A stretch of 64,000 nt of DNA, from positions 1 through 64,000 of the IMG/VR virus record IMGVR_UViG_3300025589_000004; one strand, written 5' to 3'. This DNA is from a virus (taxonomy: Duplodnaviria > Caudoviricetes). Below the pieces are notes generated by a model. It was not told the DNA's origin. It searched no databases and worked only from the letters and a program-made list of their open reading frames with translations. Both the position numbers and the translations under genes were made by a program. Positions 39,289 through 48,381 of the stretch are shown here, piece by piece (positions within the stretch are counted from its first letter, which is position 1; every line of letters begins with the position of its first letter).

Positions 39289-40932
39289 ATGAAAAAAAAT
39301 ATAATTTTGGAAGCCATAAAAAAAGAAGTAAGTAGAATGCGTAAAATTAAGCATATTCACTTGCTTAGTGTAGATGAGATATTAGATGTATTTAAAGGTA
39401 TTGAAAATATAAATAGTGTAAAAGAACTTGATAAAATATTGGAATTTTCAGAAAAAATAGATTTTGTTAATTGTTCTGTTTCTATTAGTAAATCTGGAGA
39501 GATTGGTGTAAAATCTAAATCTTCAGATTTGTTTACAAATACAAAAGATATTTTAAATACTGCAGAAGAAACCGGGATAGTTTCTTTTAAAGAATTTGCT
39601 AATTTTTTGAAATATCTACAAAGCAAAAATGCAGATAAATGGTTTAAAGAAATTAAAGAAAAATATTCAAATGAATTATTAGAATTATTAAATAATACTA
39701 AAAATAGAGAAATACTTACTAGTAAAATAAAAAATATATTAGGTAAACGTAAATTATCAGATAAAGAAATTAGTGAATTTAAGTTTACTACAGATAATAT
39801 AGATAGAATCCAAATTTTTGGAGAATTAGCTACACCAAACACTATGAACTTAATTAAATATCAAATGGATAAAATTACTCCAGGTGCTTTTGTAGTATTT
39901 GGTTGTGTATTATTGCTTAAAAACAAAGAAGCAAAAAAGATTACTGATTTAGATATAAGTACAACTATTATTGGTAAAAAGATAATGACAGATTTTATAA
40001 AAATATTTAATAGCAATAATTGGCATATATATTACAAAAATATAATCAATTTAATTAAATCAGATAAAATAGGAGAATTATTAAATAGCATAAAAAATCT
40101 TGTCAATTTTGTCAAAAAAAATAAAGATTATATAGACAAGAAAATAGAGGAATTTAAAAAAGAATTGGCAGAAGCTAGACAAAATGAGGATACAAATATA
40201 ACATTAACTGATATATCAAAATTATATTCTTCAGATAAGATTTTGTCTGAATATATGAAATTGATAGAAATAGTCAGAAATAGTATATTAGAAAATGCTC
40301 CTCAACAAAGTTTTCTTGGCGCACCAGAAATAGAAGGAGTAGTTATTAGAAATAAATTAAGTAATAGTATTGTCAAAATTGTCAATTTAGAAAATTTTAC
40401 ACAACGTAATATAGAGAGATGGTCAGATAACAAATATCTATCAGAATTAACAGATAAATTATTTAAAGATTTAATAGAAGGAGTATTTAAAAATCCAGAT
40501 ATTTTAAATTTATCAAGTAAGTTAAAAGAGAAAATTAATGATTGGTTATTAGCTAATCGTGGAAAAAGATTTTCTTCAATTGAAGATATAATAGAAAAAG
40601 TAGTAATTCCAGATATAGAAGACGATATTTCACAAAAATTAAATAAACTATATAATTTATCTATATTTCAGCAACAGATTAATAAGATATTTAATGAATA
40701 TATTGATGAATTAAATGAAATATACAAAAAGATTTCTTCTAAAGATAATTTAGATAATTTAGATAAAAGTATTTTGTTTAAAATAAATAAAACAAAGATA
40801 GAAATTGATGAATTATTCAAGAATTTAAATTCAGTAAAAACTATTGATAATGCAATTATTTATGTACTTAGATTTATTTTATATGATTATGGTAGCAAAA
40901 AGACAAAAGAAATAATAGAAAGTTATGTATGA
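39289..40932 (+). CDS. ATP-dependent ligase-fold (Rnl2-like) nucleotidyltransferase
   Basis: SEKIDFVN (motif I), IFGEL, FVVFG, EIEGVVIR, IVKIV in canonical order. Confidence 0.7.
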   Translation: MKKNIILEAIKKEVSRMRKIKHIHLLSVDEILDVFKGIENINSVKELDKILEFSEKIDFVNCSVSISKSGEIGVKSKSSDLFTNTKDILNTAEETGIVSFKEFANFLKYLQSKNADKWFKEIKEKYSNELLELLNNTKNREILTSKIKNILGKRKLSDKEISEFKFTTDNIDRIQIFGELATPNTMNLIKYQMDKITPGAFVVFGCVLLLKNKEAKKITDLDISTTIIGKKIMTDFIKIFNSNNWHIYYKNIINLIKSDKIGELLNSIKNLVNFVKKNKDYIDKKIEEFKKELAEARQNEDTNITLTDISKLYSSDKILSEYMKLIEIVRNSILENAPQQSFLGAPEIEGVVIRNKLSNSIVKIVNLENFTQRNIERWSDNKYLSELTDKLFKDLIEGVFKNPDILNLSSKLKEKINDWLLANRGKRFSSIEDIIEKVVIPDIEDDISQKLNKLYNLSIFQQQINKIFNEYIDELNEIYKKISSKDNLDNLDKSILFKINKTKIEIDELFKNLNSVKTIDNAIIYVLRFILYDYGSKKTKEIIESYV

Positions 40933-42128
40933 AAGATATTAGTAGACCTATAATTAAAACAGTATTGATTCCTGCAGATTCGACTGGATGTTCACATTAT
41001 AGAATGATATTTCCAGCAATGGTTATAAAGTCAATGTTTAAAGATATATTATATATTGAAACATATAAATATATCTTAGATAAAGATTTTTATAATGGAA
41101 TTAAGAATGTAATGGTACAGCGTCACGTTTCTGAAGGACAATTAAAATCATTGGAAATGTTAAAATTATTATCATTACAATACAATTTCTGGCTAACTTA
41201 TAATATAGACGATGTAGTATCTCCAGATGATATACCAAAATATAATAGGTCTCATAAAATATATAAAGAGCTTATAAAAAATGAAACAATAAAAAAATCA
41301 ATGGATTTATGCGATTTTATTGTAGTTACTACAGATGATTTAAAAAATTATTATATGAACAAATTTCAACAAAATCCAAATAAGTTTATTATAATACCAA
41401 ACTTTTTACCAAGATGGTGGGTTGGAGAATGCTACAATCTAGATAAAATATCTCATTTATACGATAAACATAAAAATAAACCAAGAATACTATTTACATC
41501 ATCATCTGCACATTATGATATGGATGGAAGCAATAATTATATAGACGATTTTACTCATATAAATGATTTTATTATTAGGAATATAGATAAATATCAATTT
41601 GTATTTATTGGTGGACTTATACCAAAACAATTAGAACCATATAAAGATAAACTAGAAATATATCCCGGATATGATATTCTTAATTTTATTAGAGAAGTAA
41701 ATAGTAAGGAATGTCAATTAATTATTGCACCATTACAGAATAATATATTTAATATATGTAAGTCAAATATAAAGTTAATTGAAGGCTGGGCATTAGGCAT
41801 ACCAGTAATAGCACAGAATTTACCTAATTATTCTAAGTATACAGATTTGATATTTAATGATTCTAATGATTTAGAGACAGTAGTAGAAGATGTTTTGTCA
41901 AATAAAAATAAATATCTAGATATAGTAAAGAATTGTAGGAATATAGTAGATTTTGGTGATGAGAATCAGCCAAATGGTTATTGGTTAGAAAAGAATATAA
42001 ACTATTGGTTTCCATTATTTAATATGCAAAATAAATCATTATATATTGATTTAAATCTGTATAAAAAAATAGAAAATGGTATATTAAATAATAGAAGTAA
42101 CAATAAAGATATTATGGTAACATTATGA
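40929..42128 (+). CDS. GT-B fold glycosyltransferase
   Basis: DSTGCSHYRM, YNIDD, DFIVVTT, IIPNFLP, APLQNNIFNICKSNIKLIEGWALGIPVIA. Confidence 0.85.
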   Translation: MKDISRPIIKTVLIPADSTGCSHYRMIFPAMVIKSMFKDILYIETYKYILDKDFYNGIKNVMVQRHVSEGQLKSLEMLKLLSLQYNFWLTYNIDDVVSPDDIPKYNRSHKIYKELIKNETIKKSMDLCDFIVVTTDDLKNYYMNKFQQNPNKFIIIPNFLPRWWVGECYNLDKISHLYDKHKNKPRILFTSSSAHYDMDGSNNYIDDFTHINDFIIRNIDKYQFVFIGGLIPKQLEPYKDKLEIYPGYDILNFIREVNSKECQLIIAPLQNNIFNICKSNIKLIEGWALGIPVIAQNLPNYSKYTDLIFNDSNDLETVVEDVLSNKNKYLDIVKNCRNIVDFGDENQPNGYWLEKNINYWFPLFNMQNKSLYIDLNLYKKIENGILNNRSNNKDIMVTL

Positions 42129-42685
42129 ACTATTCAAAAAACAATAATAATTATTATAATAACTATAATAAAAGTAGAGGTTATTATCAGAAAAATTACA
42201 AAAATTATTCAAAACAAGAATATAAAAAGAATGATTTAAAAGAAAAAGAATATAAAAAGGAATATAATAAAAATAAACAACAATTAGACTGTTTTGGTAT
42301 AATATATTACAAAAAAATGGAAAAAGAGGAAAAGAAAAATTATTATGGTTATATTAATTGTGAAAAGTTAAGTGGTTTATTTAATATAAAGATTTTTGTA
42401 GATAGAATATATCTATTAGGTATAGAACAAATTAAGGATAATAAATCTATTAGTTTAGATATATATCTCAAAACAACAAAAAATAATGAAAAGCTATTAA
42501 AGTTTATATTAAATAAAGAAATAGATATAAAAAATCTCAAAGATTTATTTATTGGAAAAATTCAAAAGAAAAATGATAAATTAATATTTACATTAGAATT
42601 AAGAGATAAAGTAATAGAAATAGGATGTACAGTAGAAAAATATAATGATATTTCTGGAAAAATAATTTTAGATAATCCAACCTAA
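42125..42685 (+). CDS. Hypothetical protein
   Basis: 186 aa, low-complexity N/Y/K N-terminus; 4-bp overlap with upstream gene. Confidence 0.5.
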   Translation: MNYSKNNNNYYNNYNKSRGYYQKNYKNYSKQEYKKNDLKEKEYKKEYNKNKQQLDCFGIIYYKKMEKEEKKNYYGYINCEKLSGLFNIKIFVDRIYLLGIEQIKDNKSISLDIYLKTTKNNEKLLKFILNKEIDIKNLKDLFIGKIQKKNDKLIFTLELRDKVIEIGCTVEKYNDISGKIILDNPT

Positions 42686-42735
42686 TTAATCTTAACCACA
42701 TTTAGTCACAATCTATTATTTGTTTTATTTATGTC

Positions 42736-42769
42736 AAAAAAAAGATAGGCAGCTGCAGCTACCTATCTT
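42736..42769 (-). terminator. Rho-independent terminator
   Basis: Minus strand AAGATAGGTAGC-TGCA-GCTGCCTATCTT followed by a T run. Confidence 0.85.
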
Positions 42770-42820
42770 AATATAATTAATTATAATATCTTAATATTTA
42801 ATTCAATATTAACAAGGAAA

Positions 42821-43483
42821 TCACAAACTATCAATATCAATTTCAGTTTCTATATGATTTGATAGTATTTTCAATCCTTCTTTTACTTTTTCTTTTTCCT
42901 CATCAGACAAACCAGAAAGAATCTCTTTAAGATTGTCTTCTGTCAAAGTAATCTCAACTTTTTCTTCTTCCTCTTCTTCTGCTTCTACATCTATATCTTC
43001 TATATCTGTATCAGCTTTTTCATCGGTGTCAATATCAGTATCAACATTTTCATCGGTGTCAATATCAGTATCAACATCAGTATCTACTTCAACATCAGCA
43101 TCTTTCTCATCTTCTAGTTCTTCAAATTCTTCATTAATAATTTTTTGGATAGATTCAATAAGTGTTGATTTTGGCGTCTTTTGTTTCTTTATCTTAGACA
43201 TTTTCTTTGCTTTAATTTTTTCAAGAATTTGTTGAATTCTCTTCTTTCTAGCAACTCTTTCCTTTATACTTTCCATATTTTTTCTAGCCCCCAAAGAAGG
43301 TTTATGTTTAATACTCTCAGGAATTTCTTCTAGCTGTTCTATATCTTCACTATCAGCTTTGATATCAACATTTTTCAACAATTCTTTAAGTTTTTTCAAT
43401 CTCTCATTTCTCATCCTAATAGTTTCTTCTCTTATTTTTTGAGATTCTTTTTTAAGTCTTTTAATAAGTTCTGGATTGTGCAT
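42821..43483 (-). CDS. Charge-bipartite protein, possible prohead core/internal protein
   Basis: Basic N half, very acidic C half, LIE/INE sites, AGGAG RBS, TATAAATA x2 (43527-43534, 43539-43546), own terminator. Confidence 0.55.
   Translation of the reverse strand: MHNPELIKRLKKESQKIREETIRMRNERLKKLKELLKNVDIKADSEDIEQLEEIPESIKHKPSLGARKNMESIKERVARKKRIQQILEKIKAKKMSKIKKQKTPKSTLIESIQKIINEEFEELEDEKDADVEVDTDVDTDIDTDENVDTDIDTDEKADTDIEDIDVEAEEEEEEKVEITLTEDNLKEILSGLSDEEKEKVKEGLKILSNHIETEIDIDSL
43017..43076. repeat. Exact 30-bp tandem repeat (x2) encoding VDTDIDTDE units
   Basis: TTTTCATCGGTGTCAATATCAGTATCAACA twice. Confidence 0.9.
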
Positions 43484-43673
43484 AATATTACTCCTTTATT
43501 TTTTTTTAATCCATTCTCACTTTTTATATTTATACTTATATTTATAATTTTTTTAAAAAAAAGAAAAAAAATATTTACAAAATTAGTTTTGTTTTATATA
43601 TTCTATTTATATTTTAAATTAAAAAAATTATAATAAAAAAATAAATAAACTCATATATTATTGGAGGATTAAC

Positions 43674-44468
43674 ATGGTAGATATATTAAATAAAAATGTA
43701 GAAGGAATTGATATTGAAAGTATAATCAATGATTTTGAGGTGTTATCAGATAATAGATATAAGTATTTTTCTGTAGATGAAGAAAAAACAAAAGAAAATT
43801 TAGAGAAATATTATGATGAAGATATTTTTAAAAAAATTGTTATGGAGTTAGCAAGAGGATTTTTAAAAGAATCTACCTTGTTATCAGATAAAGAATTTCT
43901 AAATGATTTATTTGTTGAAGCAAAATGTGGATTATTAGAAGCGGCAAGTAAATTTGACGATACAAAAAATAATAAATTCATGACGTATGCTTATATTTAT
44001 ATTAGAAAATATATATTTAAATTTATTAAAAAATATCTAGAAAAATATAGTTTACATACTAGTTTATCAAAATTTGATTCTGATAGTGATGAAGATATAG
44101 ATGATGAAAGAAAAGAATCAGTGTTATATTCTAATATAGAAAAAGATTATTTTAGTAAATATAGTGGACATAAAGATATAGAGACAGAATTACAATATAA
44201 TATTACCGAATTATTAAATACTTTAAATGATTATTATAAAGACAATCAAGAAGATTTATTTAAATTATATGTTCTATTAAAATACTATTTTGAAGATGAA
44301 GATATATCTGATATAATTACTAATTATGATTATTTAGAATTAGTTAATGATATAACAGAAAAAAGAGATGGATTTGAAAAAAGATTAAAAGGACTTAAAG
44401 GCAGTTATCCTGCTGCAATAAAAGCAATGATGTTAGATAAAATATTTAAATATGTATCTACATTTTAA
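43674..44468 (+). CDS. Sigma70-family RNA polymerase sigma factor
   Basis: Region 2: DLFVEAKCGLLEAASKFDDTKNNKFMTYAYIYIRKYI; GGAGG RBS. Confidence 0.82.
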   Translation: MVDILNKNVEGIDIESIINDFEVLSDNRYKYFSVDEEKTKENLEKYYDEDIFKKIVMELARGFLKESTLLSDKEFLNDLFVEAKCGLLEAASKFDDTKNNKFMTYAYIYIRKYIFKFIKKYLEKYSLHTSLSKFDSDSDEDIDDERKESVLYSNIEKDYFSKYSGHKDIETELQYNITELLNTLNDYYKDNQEDLFKLYVLLKYYFEDEDISDIITNYDYLELVNDITEKRDGFEKRLKGLKGSYPAAIKAMMLDKIFKYVSTF

Positions 44469-44491
44469 TAGTTTTTTTGTAAAATACTATT

Positions 44492-45019
44492 ATGAACAAA
44501 TCAAAAAATAAAGGTAAACAATTTGAAAGGACTGTTTGTAAGATATTTGAGTCAGTATATAATGAGCAATTTATTAGAGTGCCTAATTCTGGAGCATTTA
44601 TTGGTGGTAGTAATATCAATAATATAAAAATAACAGAGAATGGACAGAATCTTAGTTATTTTAGAGGAGATATAATCCCGCCAAAAAAATATGAAAAATT
44701 GATTATTGAATGTAAAAAACGAGCAAAAATAGATTTATATTCAATAATAACAGGAAATATAACGGAAATTAAGGAATGGTTAAAACAATTATATAACGAT
44801 TATAGACCAGACGAACAATTTATTAGATTATTAATAATATCTGCAAATTCTAAAAAACCATTAGTTGTCTTTAATTCAAAATATCATTTAGAATATACAT
44901 TTCAAAATTATCTTATTATTCAAATTGATAATATTATTGAAAATTTATCAAAAGATTTTATTATTACAGAATTATCTGACGTTTTTTTAATAAAAAATGA
45001 AATTAATTTTAAAATTTAA
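44492..45019 (+). CDS. PD-(D/E)xK nuclease, Holliday-junction-resolvase-like
   Basis: SKNKGKQFER, RVPNSGA, GDII, IECKK. Confidence 0.8.
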   Translation: MNKSKNKGKQFERTVCKIFESVYNEQFIRVPNSGAFIGGSNINNIKITENGQNLSYFRGDIIPPKKYEKLIIECKKRAKIDLYSIITGNITEIKEWLKQLYNDYRPDEQFIRLLIISANSKKPLVVFNSKYHLEYTFQNYLIIQIDNIIENLSKDFIITELSDVFLIKNEINFKI

Positions 45020-45021
45020 AA

Positions 45022-45250
45022 TATAGGATTATCACGAAAATATTTTCTCATAGCATACCGATATTCACTTGTACTATCATATTTTAAACGAGCATTAAAA
45101 ATCATTTTGTCTTTTAAAAGACAAAATTTTGTCTTTTATACCAAAATCTCTGGCAATAGATTCTACTCTATAATATTCTGCGGGTGTTGCTTCTTCATAA
45201 GATACTAATGGTATTCCACGCTTGCTTAAATCTGGTTCATCTCTAAACAT
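45022..45250 (-). pseudogene. Small gene frameshifted by a 22-bp inverted duplication
   Basis: Removing 22 bp within 45104-45137 restores MFRDEPDLSKRGIPLVSYEEATPAEYYRVESIARDFGIKDKMIFNARLKYDSTSEYRYAMRKYFRDNPIF. Confidence 0.6.
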
Positions 45251-45395
45251 ATTAAAATCTCTTATTGTCTTAATAGTCGTACGACTGAATATTAATATTT
45301 ATTTTTTGTTTTTTTTATTTATATTTATTTATAATTTATTTATAAATATATATATATTTAACTTTTAGATTGTAAGTCACTTAATATGAATTAAT

Positions 45396-46775
45396 ATGAA
45401 TGTATATATATTGTTTCCTACAGCGAGGCCTGAAGTTGCGTTCGAAAGAATAAAAGAATGGCTATTTAATAGGACAGAATTAACTACAACTATTAAATTT
45501 GCTATAGCAGTTAGGACTATAGAACAATATCATATTTTAAAATCTAAATTAAATAGTCTGTCAATCTTACCTGAATATTATATCAAAATCATTAATAATG
45601 ATATTCCTGGGGTGTGTTATCCATTATATAATTTATCATATAATCTAGATAAATGTTATCCTGAAATTAAAAATGAAGATATTGTTATTGCTACTTTTGA
45701 CGATTTTCATCCGCTTTTTTCTTGGGATAAGTTTTTATATAACTATTTCTTTACAAAAACAAAACCACAAGTATTCTTAACTTATGATAGTATCCAAGAT
45801 GTTAATAATATTATTACTCTTCCAATAATGAATTATGCAGCATTAAAAGAATTAAATTATATAATATATCATCCAATATATAATCATATGTGTGCTGATG
45901 AGGAATTGTATGATGTAGTAAGAGAAAAAGATATTTTATTAGATATACGTAAATATGATAATAGAATCTTTTTTGAACATAGGCATTATGTCAATAATAA
46001 ACGTAATCCAGATGATTTAGATAAATATGTTGAAAGTAAACATTTAGATGATAAATTATTATATTTTTCTAGAAAACAATTATCTATTCAAGAAAAATTA
46101 AAAATAAACAAAGCACATATAATTAAAAAAAATAATTTTCAATCAAATTTATGGAATATATGTATTTTATCTATTCCAAAGAGAGAAAAGATATTAAAAG
46201 ATTTATTAGTCTATTTAAGCAGACAATTATTATTAAATGTAAATATAACTGTTAATAATGTATCAGATGAATATGTTTCAAATAAAAGAAATGAATTGTT
46301 ATTTTTCTCAGTAAATAGAGGCTATAAATATATATCATATATCGATGATGATGATTTAGTTTCTGAAATATATATCCCGTTGATAGCTAAAATTTTACAA
46401 AAAAATAACGTTGATAGTGTTGGTTTAATTGGTGTAGTAAATGATTATAATAACAAAAAAAATAATGGATTGTTTATTCATAGTATCAAATATAACAAAT
46501 GGATAAATAAATCAATTAAAACTAAAACAATAAATATACCACAATTTAACTTAATTGATTTTGAGATTAATAATATATATTATAGGTTTCCAAATCATAT
46601 CAATCCTATTCGATTGGAATGTATTATTAAAAACAATATTAATTTTAATTATGATATGAATGAACGTGAAGATAGACATTTTTCAAATCTTTTATATAAT
46701 AAAAAAGCAATCAAAAGTGAATATTTAATAACAAAACCCATTCTTTATTATTATCGAGACAATATTATTAAATAG
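45396..46775 (+). CDS. Two-domain GT-A (GT2-like) glycosyltransferase
   Basis: Domain 1: ILFPTARP, ATFDDF, YNHMCADEE, FEHRH. Domain 2: ICILSIPKR, KRNEL, YISYIDDDD, REDRHFS. Confidence 0.85.
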   Translation: MNVYILFPTARPEVAFERIKEWLFNRTELTTTIKFAIAVRTIEQYHILKSKLNSLSILPEYYIKIINNDIPGVCYPLYNLSYNLDKCYPEIKNEDIVIATFDDFHPLFSWDKFLYNYFFTKTKPQVFLTYDSIQDVNNIITLPIMNYAALKELNYIIYHPIYNHMCADEELYDVVREKDILLDIRKYDNRIFFEHRHYVNNKRNPDDLDKYVESKHLDDKLLYFSRKQLSIQEKLKINKAHIIKKNNFQSNLWNICILSIPKREKILKDLLVYLSRQLLLNVNITVNNVSDEYVSNKRNELLFFSVNRGYKYISYIDDDDLVSEIYIPLIAKILQKNNVDSVGLIGVVNDYNNKKNNGLFIHSIKYNKWINKSIKTKTINIPQFNLIDFEINNIYYRFPNHINPIRLECIIKNNINFNYDMNEREDRHFSNLLYNKKAIKSEYLITKPILYYYRDNIIK

Positions 46776-46883
46776 TCTATGACTTTATATATATTAAACA
46801 ATATTACTTTATCTTGTATTTTTTTATTTTTTTTAATTAAAATATAAAAAAATTTAAATTATTTATATAAAAGGAGAAATTAT

Positions 46884-46979
46884 ATGATAGTATTACACAG
46901 AATTCCAAAATCAATAGAAGAAGTGATTTCTATGCATGCTGAAGCAATGCATCTTCTAAGAGAAGATTTTTTATTATAG
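46884..46979 (+). CDS. 31-aa ORF, probable N-terminus of a split gene continuing in 47044-47526
   Basis: AAGGAG RBS, MIVLHRIPKSIEEVISMHAEAMHLLREDFLL; contains repeat copy B. Confidence 0.5.
   Translation: MIVLHRIPKSIEEVISMHAEAMHLLREDFLL
46922..46967 (+). repeat. 46-bp dispersed repeat, copy B
   Basis: 44/46 identical to 32217-32262. Confidence 0.9.
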
Positions 46980-47004
46980 TATAAATAATATTAACAATTC
47001 ATAT
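46980..47004 (+). repeat. 25-bp late-promoter-containing repeat, identical to 50448-50472
   Basis: TATAAATAATATTAACAATTCATAT. Confidence 0.85.
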
Positions 47005-47127
47005 ACAATCTAAAGATAGTATCTTTCTTGATTATATGTTTAAGTAAATAAGAGCCTATTTAATAAACTTGATAGTAAAACACGGAATAAATTAGCAAAA
47101 GTTCTTGGATATAAATCTGAAGATGAT

Positions 47128-47526
47128 TTGTTTAAAAATGCTTTCTTTACAATGGAAGAGGCTGAACGTGTCGCTGAAGCAATTACTAATAAAAAATTGC
47201 CAGAAAATAAGTATCTACTGTTATTTAGATATGAAGAAGAGTATGGAGTAATATCTAATTCAATAGTTGCTGAGCAATTGATATTATTTACACCAGAATG
47301 GTATACTGATGATAAAGATATTTTATTACAAAAGATAATTAGTGGGCGTGAAGAAGAAAGTTTTGAACAATATTTTGCACATTTTCAAGCATATTTCTAT
47401 TCAGATAATAACTGGACACCAAAAGATAAAGAAATATTAAATCTTAAAGACGAATTTGGTACAACAGTTAAAGAAGTTTTAGAGCAAGAAAGTGAAGATC
47501 TTGAAGAAGAGGAAGAAGATTGGTGA
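47128..47526 (+). CDS. Acidic hypothetical protein (frame open from 47044)
   Basis: Upstream in-frame VNKSLFNKLDSKTRNKLAKVLGY lacks an ATG. Confidence 0.55.
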   Translation: MFKNAFFTMEEAERVAEAITNKKLPENKYLLLFRYEEEYGVISNSIVAEQLILFTPEWYTDDKDILLQKIISGREEESFEQYFAHFQAYFYSDNNWTPKDKEILNLKDEFGTTVKEVLEQESEDLEEEEEDW

Positions 47527-47528
47527 AA

Positions 47529-48329
47529 TTATAAAAGTATATTTTTAAAAAAATTAGAATTATAATATAATTCTAAATTATTAAGATAATCTAAATTATA
47601 TTTATTATTAAATTTGTTTATACATATTTTCTGTTTATTCCAAAAATCTGTTGTTTTTCTTAATATAGACTTATTTAATGTTCTATCATTATCTTTTATT
47701 TTGAGATAGCTATATTTGTAGTCTGGATATAAAAATTGCAATTTATAATGAGACATTATTCTAAAACTATGGTCTATATGATCAAATCCAATATCAAAGT
47801 TTTCGTCAAATAATCCAATTTTTTCTAATATATTTCTAGTATAAAAACAAAACATTCCAACACAGTGTTTAAAAAAGATAATATCATTTTTTTTGGAAAA
47901 TAAAGGTTTATATTTAAATCTGATTTTATTATTAATATATTCTATATTACAATCACCACCATAACCATAACAAAAATGCTCTATTCCAGATTTTTTAGAT
48001 AATTCAATATAATCATTAAATATGCTTATATCTGATATAGCTATATCATCTTCTAATAAGAATAAATAATCACAATTAGTTTCTAGAAAATGTTTTAATA
48101 TAATATTCTTATTTTTAGCTATATTAACTTTATCATTTTTCTCTATATAATCATAAATAATATTGGTATAATTAAATATATATTTATTTGTATATTTTAT
48201 GTCAATATTAGAATTTTCTAGTATAATTAACTTGTTTATTTTTGGAATTATTATATCAATAGAAGTCAATAATTCTTTAAATAATTCTTCTCTATTTGCA
48301 GTTAAAATACCAATACAAATATCATTCAT
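47529..48329 (-). CDS. GT2 glycosyltransferase
   Basis: IGILTANR, NIAKNKN, YLFLLEDD, KIGLFDENF..GFDHIDHSFR. Confidence 0.88.
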   Translation of the reverse strand: MNDICIGILTANREELFKELLTSIDIIIPKINKLIILENSNIDIKYTNKYIFNYTNIIYDYIEKNDKVNIAKNKNIILKHFLETNCDYLFLLEDDIAISDISIFNDYIELSKKSGIEHFCYGYGGDCNIEYINNKIRFKYKPLFSKKNDIIFFKHCVGMFCFYTRNILEKIGLFDENFDIGFDHIDHSFRIMSHYKLQFLYPDYKYSYLKIKDNDRTLNKSILRKTTDFWNKQKICINKFNNKYNLDYLNNLELYYNSNFFKNILL

Positions 48330-48381
48330 AAATAATTATTTATTTTTTTAAATTTTAGTTAGTATAATAATTATACTTATT

